Part shown: positions 48,513-58,637 of the stretch, one piece after another
Numbering within the stretch: position 1 is the stretch's first letter
Layout of the letters: the number at the start of each line of letters is the position of its first letter
From: Dehalococcoidia bacterium
GTDB lineage: Bacteria; Chloroflexota; Dehalococcoidia; UBA2979
NCBI GenBank assembly: GCA_965219085.1
Contig: OZ244720.1
Location: 416,001-480,000, forward strand
Length of the DNA stretch: 64,000 bases
Direction of reading: 5' to 3'
The notes under the pieces: model-generated
Database searches by the model: none
What the model saw: only the letters and a program-made list of their open reading frames with translations
Told to the model about the DNA's origin: nothing
Program-made: the position numbers and the translations under genes

Positions 48513-49942
48513 GCCGCCTCCTCGCGCAGGCGCGCCCGCGCCGCCTCGCGCTGCTCGGCGACCCGAGCCGGCGCGGTGCCGCCGGTCGCGCTGCGCGCGG
48601 CCAGCGAGGCCTCGATGTCGAGCGAGAGCACGTCCTCGCCGAACGCGGGGTGGGCGGCGCGGTAGTCGTCGAGCGTCAGCTCCTCGAACGTGCGGCCTGT
48701 TCGCTCGCACTCGGCAACGAGGGCGCCGACGGCCTCGTGGGCTTCGCGGAACGGCACGCCGCGCTGCACGAGGTGGTCGGCGAGGTCGGTGGCGAGCGCG
48801 AAGTCGCCGCCCGCGGCCTCGCGGCCGCGCGCGGCGTCGAAGCGCAGCGTGGGCAGCATGGCGGCTACGACGGCGAGCGTGGCGAGCAGTGTGTCGACGG
48901 AGTCGAACAGAGGCTCCTTGTCCTCCTGCAGGTCGCGGTTGTAGGCCAGCGGCTGGCCCTTGAGCAGCGTCAGCGCCTGCACGAGGTTACCGATGGTGCG
49001 GGCGCTCTTGCCGCGGGCCAGCTCAGCGACGTCCGGGTTGCGCTTCTGCGGCATGATGCTCGACCCCGTCGAGAAGGCGTCGTCGAGCTGCACGAGGCCG
49101 AACTCGGCCGACGCCCAGAGCACGATCTCCTCGGCGAACCGCGACACGTGCACCATCGTCAGCGCGGCGGCTGCGTGGAACTCCACGACGAAGTCGCGGT
49201 CCGAGACCGCGTCGAGCGAGTTGGCTGCGACGGCGTCGAACCCCAGCTCGCGCGCCACGAACGCCCGGTCGATCGGGTAGCCGACACCGGCGAGCGCGCC
49301 CGAGCCGAGCGGCAGCACGTTCGCGGTCGAGCGCGCGGCGCGGAAGCGCGCGGCGTCGCGGGTCAGCATCTCCTCGTAGGCCTGGAGGTGGTGCGCGAGC
49401 AGCACCGGCTGTGCGCGCTGGAGGTGCGTGTAGCCGGAGATCACCGTCGCCGCCTCGCGCTCGGCGAGGTCGAGCAGCGCGCCCCGCAGCGCCGCGAGGC
49501 GCTCGCCCACCTCGTCGCAGGCGGCGCGGACGAACATGCGCAGGTCGGTCGCGACCTGGTCGTTGCGGGAACGCGCGGTGTGGAGGCGACGCGCCGGCTC
49601 GCCGATGCGCTCGGCCAGCGCCGCCTCGATGTTGAGGTGGATGTCCTCGCGGTCTTCGCGGAACTCGAAGTCGCCGGCGGCGATTTCGGCCTCGATCGCC
49701 TCGAGGCCGGCGGTGATGGCGTCGCGGTCGGCGTCGGAGATGATGCCCTGCGCGGCGAGCATCCGCGCGTGCGCGAGCGAGCCCGCGATGTCCTCGCGGT
49801 AGAGCCTGCGGTCGAAGGCGATGGAGGCGCCGTACGCCTCGGCGAGCGCGTTGGTGGCGCCCTCGAAGCGGCCGCCCCAGAGCTTGGCCTCGCCGTCCGG
49901 CGCGGGCTGGGCGGGTGGAGTCGTGTCGCTGTCCCCGGTCAT
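48509..49942 (-). CDS. argH: Argininosuccinate lyase
   Basis: KLWGGRF, RSRNDQVATD, GYTHLQRAQP, GSSIMPQKRNPD. Confidence 0.97.
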   Translation of the reverse strand: MTGDSDTTPPAQPAPDGEAKLWGGRFEGATNALAEAYGASIAFDRRLYREDIAGSLAHARMLAAQGIISDADRDAITAGLEAIEAEIAAGDFEFREDREDIHLNIEAALAERIGEPARRLHTARSRNDQVATDLRMFVRAACDEVGERLAALRGALLDLAEREAATVISGYTHLQRAQPVLLAHHLQAYEEMLTRDAARFRAARSTANVLPLGSGALAGVGYPIDRAFVARELGFDAVAANSLDAVSDRDFVVEFHAAAALTMVHVSRFAEEIVLWASAEFGLVQLDDAFSTGSSIMPQKRNPDVAELARGKSARTIGNLVQALTLLKGQPLAYNRDLQEDKEPLFDSVDTLLATLAVVAAMLPTLRFDAARGREAAGGDFALATDLADHLVQRGVPFREAHEAVGALVAECERTGRTFEELTLDDYRAAHPAFGEDVLSLDIEASLAARSATGGTAPARVAEQREAARARLREEAA

Positions 49943-49988
49943 GGTTCGAGGCTACATCGGGGCCCTGCGGCGTGCGAGCGGCCGAGCG

Positions 49989-50438
49989 TCAGGCGCCGGG
50001 GCGGAGGTCGCCGAGGTCGATGATCCGGCCCGTGGCCCGCCTGAACGTTCGGATCATGGCGCGGTCGGCCGTGATTACGGAACAGCCGTTCCGTATCGCA
50101 AGCGCGACGTAGAGGCAGTCATATACGGCATGGCCGAAGGCAAGCGACAGCTCGAGCGCCTGAATTGCGAGGCCGGTTGACGGGACAAGCGAGGGAAGCG
50201 TGAGGACAAGCCGATCCAGGGCGTCTCGCGCTTCATCCGGGGCGAGGTCGTCTCTCAGGTGAGAGCGCGCCCACAGCGCATTCGTGACCTCGGGGAGGTA
50301 TGCGTCCGGCGCAAGGAGCTGCACTTCGTCTCGCCGAGCCCGGGCGAGAAGGGCGATCGCGACTTCGGAGTGCTCTTCGGGCAGCACCCACTTGAGGCCT
50401 ACACATGCGTCGACGACGAACTGGCTCGCAGTAGTCAA
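49989..50438 (-). CDS. vapC: VapC-family PIN toxin
   Basis: VVDACVGLKW, PEVTNAL, VYDCLYVALA, ITAD; TTGA overlap with antitoxin. Confidence 0.85.
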   Translation of the reverse strand: MTTASQFVVDACVGLKWVLPEEHSEVAIALLARARRDEVQLLAPDAYLPEVTNALWARSHLRDDLAPDEARDALDRLVLTLPSLVPSTGLAIQALELSLAFGHAVYDCLYVALAIRNGCSVITADRAMIRTFRRATGRIIDLGDLRPGA

Positions 50439-50689
50439 CGATCGCGGAATTCGCGGATGATCGGCCAGCTCTCGTCGAGCAGTCCACCGTGCCGCTCCTC
50501 GATGCGAGCTCGCAGCGCGTTCATTTCGGGGATCACGTCCTGAACGCGCTGTTGCCACTGTCGTCGTTCGACGTGCTCCTGCAGCGCCACGCGCACCACG
50601 GCGTTCACGCTCGTGCCGCCCTCGGCCGCCTCCTCGCGGAGGGCCTCGATCACGTCTTCAGGGACGTTTCTGACGGTGAGTTGCGACAT
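50435..50689 (-). CDS. FitA/VapB-like ribbon-helix-helix antitoxin
   Basis: MSQLTVRNVPEDVIEALREEA...SVNAVVRVAL...SWPIIREFRDR. Confidence 0.83.
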   Translation of the reverse strand: MSQLTVRNVPEDVIEALREEAAEGGTSVNAVVRVALQEHVERRQWQQRVQDVIPEMNALRARIEERHGGLLDESWPIIREFRDR

Positions 50690-50798
50690 AGCCTGCCTCG
50701 AGGCATGCGAAACGACTACCGATATGTAGGCAGTATGCATGCGCTCGGAAGCCCTGACAACCCTGCTGTCGCGCCGGCGTGCTCTGACCCAGGTTCGG

Positions 50799-52037
50799 CT
50801 AGTCCTCGCCCGGAGCAGCGAGGCGCAGCGGGTCCGTGGGCTCGCGCAGCAGCTGCTGACGCGCCTGCACCTCCAGCGGCAGGCTCCACAGCTTGATGAA
50901 GCCGAGCGCCGCCTGCTGGTCGAAGTCGTCCTCCGCGCCATACGTCGCCAGCGCGTGGTTGTACAGGCTGCGGTCCGAGCGTGAGCCCACGGCGTCGGCG
51001 TGGCCGCGCCACAGCCGCAGCCGCACCTCGCCCGTCACGTGGCGCTGCGTCGAGTGCACGTAGGCGGCGAGGTCCTGGTGGTGCCCGCTGAACCACTGGC
51101 CGTTGTAGACCAGGTCGGCGTACTCCTGCGCCACCCGCGCCTTCATCCGCATCTGGTCCTTGCTCAGCGTCAGCGACTCCAGCTTGCGGTGCGCGGCCAG
51201 CAGCGCCACCGCCGCGGGCGCCTCGTAGACCTCGCGCGACTTGATGCCGACGAGGCGGTTCTCGACCATGTCGAGCCGCCCGACGCCGTGCGCCCCGGCC
51301 AGCTCGTTCAGGCGGTCGACCAGCTCTACGGGCGTCACCCGCTCGCCGTCGAGCGAGACGGGGATGCCCTGCTCGAAGCCGAGCTCGACCTCGGCCGGCT
51401 CGTCGGGGGTGTCGTCAATCGGGCGGGTCCACATGTACGCGTCCTCGGGCGGAGTGACCCACGGGTCCTCGAGGGCGCCTGCTTCGATGGCGCGGCCCCA
51501 CATGTTCTCGTCGATGGAGTAGGGAGAGCGTTCGCCGCCCTCGACGGAGATACCGTGCTGGCGGCAGTACGCGAGCGCCTCGTCGCGCGTCCACTGGTGC
51601 TCGCGCGCCGTCCCGACGATCGTGAGGCCGGGCGCCAGCGTGGCGAGGGCGATGTCGAACCGCACCTGGTCGTTGCCCTTGCCGGTACAGCCGTGCGCGA
51701 CGGCGGTCGCGCCGACCTCGCGTGCCTTGTCGACGAGCAGCTTCGCGATGAGGGGGCGCCCGAGGGCCGTCGCGAGGGGGTACTCACCCTCGTAGACCGC
51801 GTTGGCTGTCAGCGCCGGGAAGGCGAAGTAGCGCATGAAGTCCTCGCGTGCGTCGACCACGGCGTACTCGATCGCGCCGGCCTCGTGCGCGCGCCGCTCG
51901 GCGCCCTCAAGGTCCTCGACGTTGCCGAGGTCGATGAGGAGGCAGATCACCTCGTAGCCGCGATCCTCCTGCAGCCACTTCGTCGCCGCGGACGTGTCGA
52001 GGCCGCCTGAGTAGGCAAGGACGATGCGTTCGGCCAT
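50799..52037 (-). CDS. argG: Argininosuccinate synthase
   Basis: LAYSGGLDTS, HGCTGKGNDQVRF, SIDENMWG, ENRLVGIKSREVYE. Confidence 0.97.
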   Translation of the reverse strand: MAERIVLAYSGGLDTSAATKWLQEDRGYEVICLLIDLGNVEDLEGAERRAHEAGAIEYAVVDAREDFMRYFAFPALTANAVYEGEYPLATALGRPLIAKLLVDKAREVGATAVAHGCTGKGNDQVRFDIALATLAPGLTIVGTAREHQWTRDEALAYCRQHGISVEGGERSPYSIDENMWGRAIEAGALEDPWVTPPEDAYMWTRPIDDTPDEPAEVELGFEQGIPVSLDGERVTPVELVDRLNELAGAHGVGRLDMVENRLVGIKSREVYEAPAAVALLAAHRKLESLTLSKDQMRMKARVAQEYADLVYNGQWFSGHHQDLAAYVHSTQRHVTGEVRLRLWRGHADAVGSRSDRSLYNHALATYGAEDDFDQQAALGFIKLWSLPLEVQARQQLLREPTDPLRLAAPGED

Positions 52038-52050
52038 CAGTGTGTCTCCA

Positions 52051-52461
52051 TCACTCCAGGTGTGAGGCCTCGCCGGCGACCGCCGAGCCGAGTTCGACGA
52101 TGATCCCGTCCGGGTCGCGCACGTAGGCGACCGTCTGTCCCCACGGCTTCTCGACGGGCTCCGCGAGCGGTGTCGCGCCTGCCTCGACGGCGTGGGCGTA
52201 GGCTGCCGCGACATCCTCCACCTCGAAGCCAATCTCGAAGGCGGCCGGGGCCTGCCCGGCGTCGTTCTCGCGCATCGGCTGGGCGAAGTTCGAGGCCGCC
52301 ATGGTGTTCGACGCGAGCCCGAGCGCGGTCGCACCGGTCTCAAGCTCGGCGTACTCGCCGCCCTCGGCCGCGAAGCGCAGCTCGAGGCCGAACGCGCGCC
52401 CGTAGAAGCGCACGGAGGCCTCCACGTCCCGCACGTAGACGATCGCCCAGCGGAACTGCAT
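52051..52461 (-). CDS. VOC/glyoxalase family protein
   Basis: VYVRDVEASVRFY, KPWGQTVAYVRDPDG. Confidence 0.88.
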   Translation of the reverse strand: MQFRWAIVYVRDVEASVRFYGRAFGLELRFAAEGGEYAELETGATALGLASNTMAASNFAQPMRENDAGQAPAAFEIGFEVEDVAAAYAHAVEAGATPLAEPVEKPWGQTVAYVRDPDGIIVELGSAVAGEASHLE

Positions 52462-52465
52462 GGGT

Positions 52466-53653
52466 TTAGCCGGTGACTTCCGCGATCGCGCCGTCGATGA
52501 TGTCGACGACGCTGTCGATCTCCTCGGCGCTGACGTTGAGCGGCGGCATCAACCGCACCACGTCGGGGCGTACCGGGTTGAGCAGCGCGCCGCGCTGCAT
52601 CGACTCCACCACGACCTGCGGGGCGATCGGCTCGTTCAGTTCGAGGCCGATCAGCAGGCCTCGCCCGCGTACACCACGCACCACGGAGTGCTTCTCGCCG
52701 AGGGCGGCGAGGCGGCTCGCCGCCTGGTCGCCGCGCGCGCGGACGTTGGCGAGCGTGTCGCCCTCGATGACGCGGCGCAGCACGTGGGCGGCGGCGGCGG
52801 TGGCCAGCGGCTGCCCCCCGAACGTCGAGCCGTGGTCGCCGGGCTCGAAGACCGACGCGGCCTCCGTAGCCATCATCGCGGCTACGGGCACGCCGCCGCC
52901 GAGCGCCTTCGCGCTGGTCATGACGTCGGGCGTGATGCCCGCCTGCTCGTGCGCCCAGAGCGTGCCGGTGCGGCCCATGCCGACTTGCACCTCGTCGAGG
53001 ATGAGCAGCATGCCCTGCTCGTCGCACCACTCGCGAACGGCGCGCAGGTAGTTGTCGCCGGGGATGTTGATGCCGCCCTCGCCCTGGATCGGCTCCAGCA
53101 TGACCGCGGTGGTGTGCTCGTTCGTCGCCGCCTGGATCGCCTCGACGTCATCGAAGTCGACGTAGACGAAGCCGGGGACGAGCGGCTCGAAGGGCTCGCG
53201 GTATGCGGGGGTGCCGGTTGCGGCGACGGTCGCCATGGTGCGGCCGTGGAAGCCGTTCTCCGCGACGACGATTTCGTGCGCGCCGTTGCGGTTCAGCCGG
53301 CCCCACTTGCGGGCGAGCTTGAGCGCCGCCTCATTCGCCTCGGCCCCCGAGTTCGCGAAGAACACGCGGTCCATCGGCGAGTGCTCGATGAGCAGCTGGG
53401 CCAGCTCGATCTGCGGCTCGGTGTAGAAGATGTTCGAGACATGGATCAGCGTGCGCGCCTGCTCCGCGATCACCTCGGCAAGCTCGGGGTCGGAGTGCCC
53501 GAAGGTGCACGAGGCGATGCCGGCCACGAAGTCGAGGTACTCCTTGCCCTCGTCGTCCCAGACACGGGTGCCTTCGCCGCGCACGAGCGTGAGCGGCAGC
53601 CGCCGCGCGGCCTGCATATAGAGCTGGGCTTCCAGGGCCTGGGTATCCGTCAC
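52466..53653 (-). CDS. argD: Acetylornithine aminotransferase
   Basis: NSGAEANEAA, FHGRT, EPIQGEGG, DEVQVG, AKALGGG, HGSTFGG. Confidence 0.94.
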   Translation of the reverse strand: MTDTQALEAQLYMQAARRLPLTLVRGEGTRVWDDEGKEYLDFVAGIASCTFGHSDPELAEVIAEQARTLIHVSNIFYTEPQIELAQLLIEHSPMDRVFFANSGAEANEAALKLARKWGRLNRNGAHEIVVAENGFHGRTMATVAATGTPAYREPFEPLVPGFVYVDFDDVEAIQAATNEHTTAVMLEPIQGEGGINIPGDNYLRAVREWCDEQGMLLILDEVQVGMGRTGTLWAHEQAGITPDVMTSAKALGGGVPVAAMMATEAASVFEPGDHGSTFGGQPLATAAAAHVLRRVIEGDTLANVRARGDQAASRLAALGEKHSVVRGVRGRGLLIGLELNEPIAPQVVVESMQRGALLNPVRPDVVRLMPPLNVSAEEIDSVVDIIDGAIAEVTG

Positions 53654-53742
53654 GCTGCTCTCCAGTACTCGTTGCGTCGTGTGTTGTTGGCGTGCCGAGG
53701 CACAACGGACAGCTTACCCGTCGTGCCCGTTGCGGGCTTGGG

Positions 53743-53769
53743 GCCGCCGGCGCCAAACGCGCCGGCGGC
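53743..53769 (-). terminator. Perfect 11-bp GC hairpin just after the UPF0182 stop
   Basis: gccgccggcgc-caaac-gcgccggcggc. Confidence 0.5.
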
Positions 53770-53774
53770 GGCTC

Positions 53775-56564
53775 CTACTGTTGCTGCTGCGACCGCTCGA
53801 TCTCGTCGAGGATGGCGCGCAGCCGGTTGAGCTCCTCCTGGGCCGCGTCAGCGGCGTCTTGCGCCTGCCGCAGCAGCGTGTCGAAGTCTCCGGCCGGTAC
53901 CGAGACGTCGCTGCTGTCCTCACGTGGCGGGGTGGGCGCCGCCTGGGTGATCGTGCCGGCGCCTGGCAACGACGAGGCACGCCGGCCGAAGACGACATCG
54001 AGCGAGCGCTGGAACGTCTGCTCCATCGCGATGTTGTTGCCGTTTGCCACGACGACGCGCTTGAGCTCCGGGATGCGCGAGCTCTCGGCCTGCAGGTAGA
54101 TCGGCTCGACGAACAGGAACGAGTCGCCGATGGGGATCATGAGCAGGTTGCCGCGGATCACCTCGGAGCCCGCGCCCTCCCACAGCGTGAGCTGCGCGGA
54201 GATGCCGGGGTCCTGGTCGATGCGCGCCTCGATCTGCGCGGGGCCGAAGACGAGGTCGTCCGTCGGGAAACGGTAGGAGCGCAGCGCGCCCAGGTGCTCG
54301 CCATCGGAGCGGCCGGCGAGCCAGGCGATGGTGTTCTGCTTGTTGCGTGGCGTGAAGGGCATGATCAGCGAGAACTCCTCGATTTCCTCGCCGGGCAGCT
54401 TCAGGATCACGTAGTAGGGCTCCAGCGGCTGTTCCTGTTGGCGGAACTTCTCCGTGGGGATGTTCCACAGGTCCTCGCCGAGGAAGAACACGCGCGGGTC
54501 CGTGATGTGGTAGCGCAGGTACTGCTGCGCCTGGAGCTGGAACATGTCCTCGGGGTAGCGCAGGTGCGCCTCGAGGAACGGCGGCATCTCCGCGCGGTCC
54601 GTGAAGAGGTCCGGGAAGATCCTCGCCCACGTCGCCGCGACCGGGTCGTCGCGATCCATGAGGTAGAAGGTCATGTCGCCGGTCTCGGCGTGGACCACCA
54701 CCTTCACGCTGTTGCGGATGTAGTTGACGGTCCCGAGGTGCTGCGAGTACGGGAAGTCGCCCGAGACGGTATATGCGTCCTGGATCCACAGCAACGCGCC
54801 GTCGGCGATGACGATGTACGGGTCAGCGTCGAGCCGCAGGAACGGCGCCACCTTCGTGATGCGGTCCGCCAGCGAACGGTGCATGAGCAGCGTGGACTCG
54901 CCCGTGACACGGCCGGAGATGAGCAGGTTGCGGTCGCCGAGCTGCCACGCGAGCGCAAAGCGTCGCAGCAAGTTGGAAAGCTGGATGCCGCGATCCGGCT
55001 TGTAGGTCGTCTCGACGGTGGTCTCCCCGTCCGGGTAGTCGAACTCCTTCTCCTTCGTCTTGACGATGATGTAGTGGTCGGTCAACTCGCCGAAGTAGAT
55101 GCGGGCGCCATCGTCGCTGATCGGCACGGCCTCGCCGACGGGCGGGATGTCGCGCGTGATCAGCACGGGCAGGCCTTCCGCCGTGATCTCGTTGACCGGC
55201 GCCACGACGGCGCCGAAGCCGTGCGTGAACTGCAGGCGCTCCTGCGTCCAGCCCGAACCCGCTGTCTGCGATGCGCGTCGCAGGTCCAGCTCGCGCGGCG
55301 CGAGCATCACCTGCCGCGGCTCTCCGTCGATCATGTAGCGATCGACGTCCACGTCGTCGAACGTGTAGAGGGGGCGGATCGACTGGATCTGGACGAACGT
55401 GTCGCGAGTGGGGCGGGCGTCGAGGAGGCGGATGTTGGAGAGCGTCGCCCCATTGGCGGCGATCTCCTCCTCGGTCACGGCGGGCTCCGCCGGGAACGTG
55501 GTGACTTCGATCTCGTTGAGGCCCCAGGCGAGCCGCGTCATGTCGATGTTGCGGTCGATGTACAGCTCTTCCTTCTCGATCTCGTTCGGGTCGACCTGGA
55601 AGGACTGCACGAACGAGGGGTACACGAACCCACCGACGATGCCGGCGACAACCCAGAGCCCGATGGTGAAGGCGGGGACGCGCCAGCTCCCGCTCAGCAC
55701 CGAGTTGGCGATGGTTGCCAGGCCCGCGAACGCGCCGAGGGCAACCATGGCGTAGCGCGCCGGCAGGCGCGCGTTGATGTCCGTGTAGGTCGCGCCGGTC
55801 ACGATGCCGAGCCGCGAGGTGGCGAGGTCGAAGGCGGAGAGGTAGGTCCCGATCGCAATGACGAGCAGGATCAGTCCCACCAGCACGGAGATGTGGATGC
55901 GCATGCCGCGCGGCACCTGCAACTCGAAGCGCTGCAGCGAGTACGTCAGCGCGTACACCGAGCCCGCGCCCAGCGCGGAGACCACGAGCAGCGACAGCAC
56001 CCAGCCCTGGAAGAGGTGCAGCGCGGGCAGGTCGAACATGTAGAACGAGACGTCGCGGTTGAACGCCGGGTCGTTCAGGCCGAAGTCGACGGCGTACCAC
56101 CACGACAGCACCGTCTCCCACGATCCCGCGGCGACCGCGCCGAAGATGATCGCGAGGAACAGCGTCATCGCGATCATGACGACCGAGACGACGCGCCGGA
56201 TGGCGTCGGGGTCGACGTCCTCGATGAACGACTCCTCGAAGCCCTGCGGCGCGAGCCTGCGCGCGAGCCAGATGTTGAAGCCGAGCACGACGAGCGTGAT
56301 CAGCGTGCCGATCACGAAGAGCACCGCACGCGCGGCCAGCACGCGGCGGAAGTTGCTGGCGAACTCGACCGAGTCGAACCACAGGAAGTCGACGTAAAGC
56401 GACTTGGCGACATTCGCTGCCACGAACAGCAGCACGATCGCGGCGAGGAGTCCAATCCAGCGCAGCGAGATGGGTGAGCGGAAGTTGTTCGCGCCGCCGA
56501 TCCGGAATGGCTCGTCGGGTGGCCCCAGGGGGCCGCGGTCTTCCCGGTCCTCGAAGAAGCCCAG
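53775..56564 (-). CDS. UPF0182-family membrane protein (probable CTG start)
   Basis: DFLWF, DPAFNRDVSFY, GATYTD, DVDRY, FTHGFG, NYIRNSVK, GNLLMIP; frame open to CTG at 56564 behind GAGGT. Confidence 0.9.
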   Translation of the reverse strand: MGFFEDREDRGPLGPPDEPFRIGGANNFRSPISLRWIGLLAAIVLLFVAANVAKSLYVDFLWFDSVEFASNFRRVLAARAVLFVIGTLITLVVLGFNIWLARRLAPQGFEESFIEDVDPDAIRRVVSVVMIAMTLFLAIIFGAVAAGSWETVLSWWYAVDFGLNDPAFNRDVSFYMFDLPALHLFQGWVLSLLVVSALGAGSVYALTYSLQRFELQVPRGMRIHISVLVGLILLVIAIGTYLSAFDLATSRLGIVTGATYTDINARLPARYAMVALGAFAGLATIANSVLSGSWRVPAFTIGLWVVAGIVGGFVYPSFVQSFQVDPNEIEKEELYIDRNIDMTRLAWGLNEIEVTTFPAEPAVTEEEIAANGATLSNIRLLDARPTRDTFVQIQSIRPLYTFDDVDVDRYMIDGEPRQVMLAPRELDLRRASQTAGSGWTQERLQFTHGFGAVVAPVNEITAEGLPVLITRDIPPVGEAVPISDDGARIYFGELTDHYIIVKTKEKEFDYPDGETTVETTYKPDRGIQLSNLLRRFALAWQLGDRNLLISGRVTGESTLLMHRSLADRITKVAPFLRLDADPYIVIADGALLWIQDAYTVSGDFPYSQHLGTVNYIRNSVKVVVHAETGDMTFYLMDRDDPVAATWARIFPDLFTDRAEMPPFLEAHLRYPEDMFQLQAQQYLRYHITDPRVFFLGEDLWNIPTEKFRQQEQPLEPYYVILKLPGEEIEEFSLIMPFTPRNKQNTIAWLAGRSDGEHLGALRSYRFPTDDLVFGPAQIEARIDQDPGISAQLTLWEGAGSEVIRGNLLMIPIGDSFLFVEPIYLQAESSRIPELKRVVVANGNNIAMEQTFQRSLDVVFGRRASSLPGAGTITQAAPTPPREDSSDVSVPAGDFDTLLRQAQDAADAAQEELNRLRAILDEIERSQQQQ

Positions 56565-56566
56565 GG

Positions 56567-57364
56567 TTACACCTCAATCCGTGTGCCGAGCGGTTCGCCC
56601 GCTACGATGCGCTCCAGTGTACGCCGCGCGCGGCCCTGCGCCACATGCACGCGCACGCGCTCCTCGGCGGCGCGCAGGCTGGCGTCGATTTTGGGCAACA
56701 TCCCGCCCGCAAGCGTGCCCGCCGCGCGCAGCGTCGAGGCCTGCTCGGCCCCGAGCGTCGTGATGAGCTCGCCGGCATCGTCGAGGACGCCATCGACGTC
56801 CGTCATGAACACCAGCAGTTGCGCCCGCAGCGCGCGCGCGATCTCGCCCGCGACCGTGTCGGCGTTGATGTTGAGTGGCTGGCTCGGCGGCTCCAGCCCG
56901 ATCGGGGCGATCACCGGAATCGCGCCGCTCTCGAGGATCGGGTGCAGCACCGAGGCGTCGATGCCCGTGATCTCGCCGACGAACCCGAGGCGCTCGTCGG
57001 CGCGGCGCGCGCGCACCAGCCCGCCGTCGACGCCGGAGACGCCGACTGCGCGGCCGCCGAGGCGCACGATCTCGCTGACCAGCCGCGTGTTCACCACGCC
57101 GCGCAGCACGCCGATCACCACCTCGAGCGCCTCCTCGCTCGTCGCGCGCAGGCCGTCGACGAAGACGGCGGGCACCTCGAGGCGTTCGAGCCAGTCGGTG
57201 ATCATCGCGCCGCCGCCGTGGACGACGATGGGGTAGAGGCCGTTGCGGCGCAGCGAGACGACGTCGACGAGCGTCGTGTCCTCGTCGCCGAGGGTGGAGC
57301 CGCCGATCTTGACGACGATCATGCGGTCGCTGGTGATGGCTCCAGTCGAGGGTGCTGAGGTCAT
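56567..57364 (-). CDS. argB: Acetylglutamate kinase
   Basis: VKIGGS, VHGGG, NINAD, TDVDGV, GGMLPK. Confidence 0.95.
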   Translation of the reverse strand: MTSAPSTGAITSDRMIVVKIGGSTLGDEDTTLVDVVSLRRNGLYPIVVHGGGAMITDWLERLEVPAVFVDGLRATSEEALEVVIGVLRGVVNTRLVSEIVRLGGRAVGVSGVDGGLVRARRADERLGFVGEITGIDASVLHPILESGAIPVIAPIGLEPPSQPLNINADTVAGEIARALRAQLLVFMTDVDGVLDDAGELITTLGAEQASTLRAAGTLAGGMLPKIDASLRAAEERVRVHVAQGRARRTLERIVAGEPLGTRIEV

Positions 57365-58599
57365 GTCGTGTAGTCCGCGTTGATGCTCACGTACTCGGCG
57401 GTCAGGTCGCATCCCCACGCCGTCGCGGTCGCCTCGCCCGAGGCGAGGTCGATGCGGATCCCGACTTCCTCGGTGTCCATGGCGGCGGAGATCTCCGCCT
57501 CGCTCGTCGCGGCCGGCGCGCCGTGGTCGAATGCGATGTGCTCGCCGATCCACACGCTGGCGGCCGCAAGGTCGAGCGAAGCCCCGGAGCGCCCGGCCGC
57601 CATCAGCACGCGCCCCCAGTTCGGGTCGCGGCCGGTCACCATGGTCTTCACGAGCGGCGACGAGCTGATCGTGCGCGCGCAGAGCCGCGCGTCCGCGACA
57701 TTCGCCGCACCCTTGACCACCACCTCGATCAGCGTGTTCGCCCCCTCGCCGTCCCGTGCGAGCTGGCGCGCCAGCGTCACAGAGACCGCCTCGATGGCGC
57801 GTTCGAGGGCGTCCGCTGCGGGGTGACCGTCGGCGACGGGCTCGCCGCCCGCCGCGCCGTTGGCGAGCAGCAGCACCGTGTCGGACGTCGACGTGTCCAT
57901 GTCCACGTCGATCATGTTGAACGAGCGGTCGCAGACGCGGCGCAGCGTCGCCTGCAGCCAGCCGTGGTCCGCAGGTGCGTCGGTCGTCAGGAAGCCGAAC
58001 ATCGTCGCCATGTCCGGGTGGATCATGCCCGAGCCCTTGGCGACCCCGCCGACGGTATATGTGCGGCCGCCCGCCTCGACGCGGACCGCGGCCTGCTTGG
58101 GGTGCGTGTCGGTGGTCATGATCGCGCGGGCGAACGCTTCGCCGCCCACCTCGGACACCTCGACGGCGTCGATGCCGGCCTCGATCCGATCCATCGGCAG
58201 CAGGCGGCCGATCACGCCCGTCGAGGCGACGAGCACGTGCTGCTCATCGACGCCGAGCTTCGCGGCGGCGAGCGCCGCCATGCGCACGGCGTCCTCGACG
58301 CCCCGCGGGCCTGTCGCGACGTTCGAGTTGCCGGAGTTGGCCACGATGGCGCGCGCGGCGCCGCCCGCGGCGCGCTCGCGCGTGAGCCGCACCGGCTCAC
58401 CGACGACGGCGTTGCGGGTGTAGACACCGGCGACGGTGCAGGGGCGGTCGGCGACGAGCATGCCCACGTCGAAGCGCGGCTCGGGCCCGTAGGTGCGAAT
58501 ACCCGCGTAGCTGCCGCCCGCGACGAACCCCGCGGGCGCGGTCACGCCGCCCTCGATGGTCTCGATGCGCGCCCCGACGGCCTGCGAGGGGTTGGTCAA
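57361..58599 (-). CDS. argJ: Ornithine acetyltransferase / N-acetylglutamate synthase
   Basis: NSGNSN, STGVIG, IMTTDT, AKGSGMIHPDMATM, DGEGA, DPNWGR, INADYTT. Confidence 0.96.
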   Translation of the reverse strand: MTNPSQAVGARIETIEGGVTAPAGFVAGGSYAGIRTYGPEPRFDVGMLVADRPCTVAGVYTRNAVVGEPVRLTRERAAGGAARAIVANSGNSNVATGPRGVEDAVRMAALAAAKLGVDEQHVLVASTGVIGRLLPMDRIEAGIDAVEVSEVGGEAFARAIMTTDTHPKQAAVRVEAGGRTYTVGGVAKGSGMIHPDMATMFGFLTTDAPADHGWLQATLRRVCDRSFNMIDVDMDTSTSDTVLLLANGAAGGEPVADGHPAADALERAIEAVSVTLARQLARDGEGANTLIEVVVKGAANVADARLCARTISSSPLVKTMVTGRDPNWGRVLMAAGRSGASLDLAAASVWIGEHIAFDHGAPAATSEAEISAAMDTEEVGIRIDLASGEATATAWGCDLTAEYVSINADYTT

Positions 58600-58637
58600 G
58601 CGTGGCTCCCGTCCGGGCATCGAGTATAGGCAGCCAT

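Noticed and set aside
53679-56477. Long antisense ORFs (this 932-aa ORF and many similar ones)
   Set aside because: Shadow frames of real high-GC genes on the other strand, with no domain motifs.
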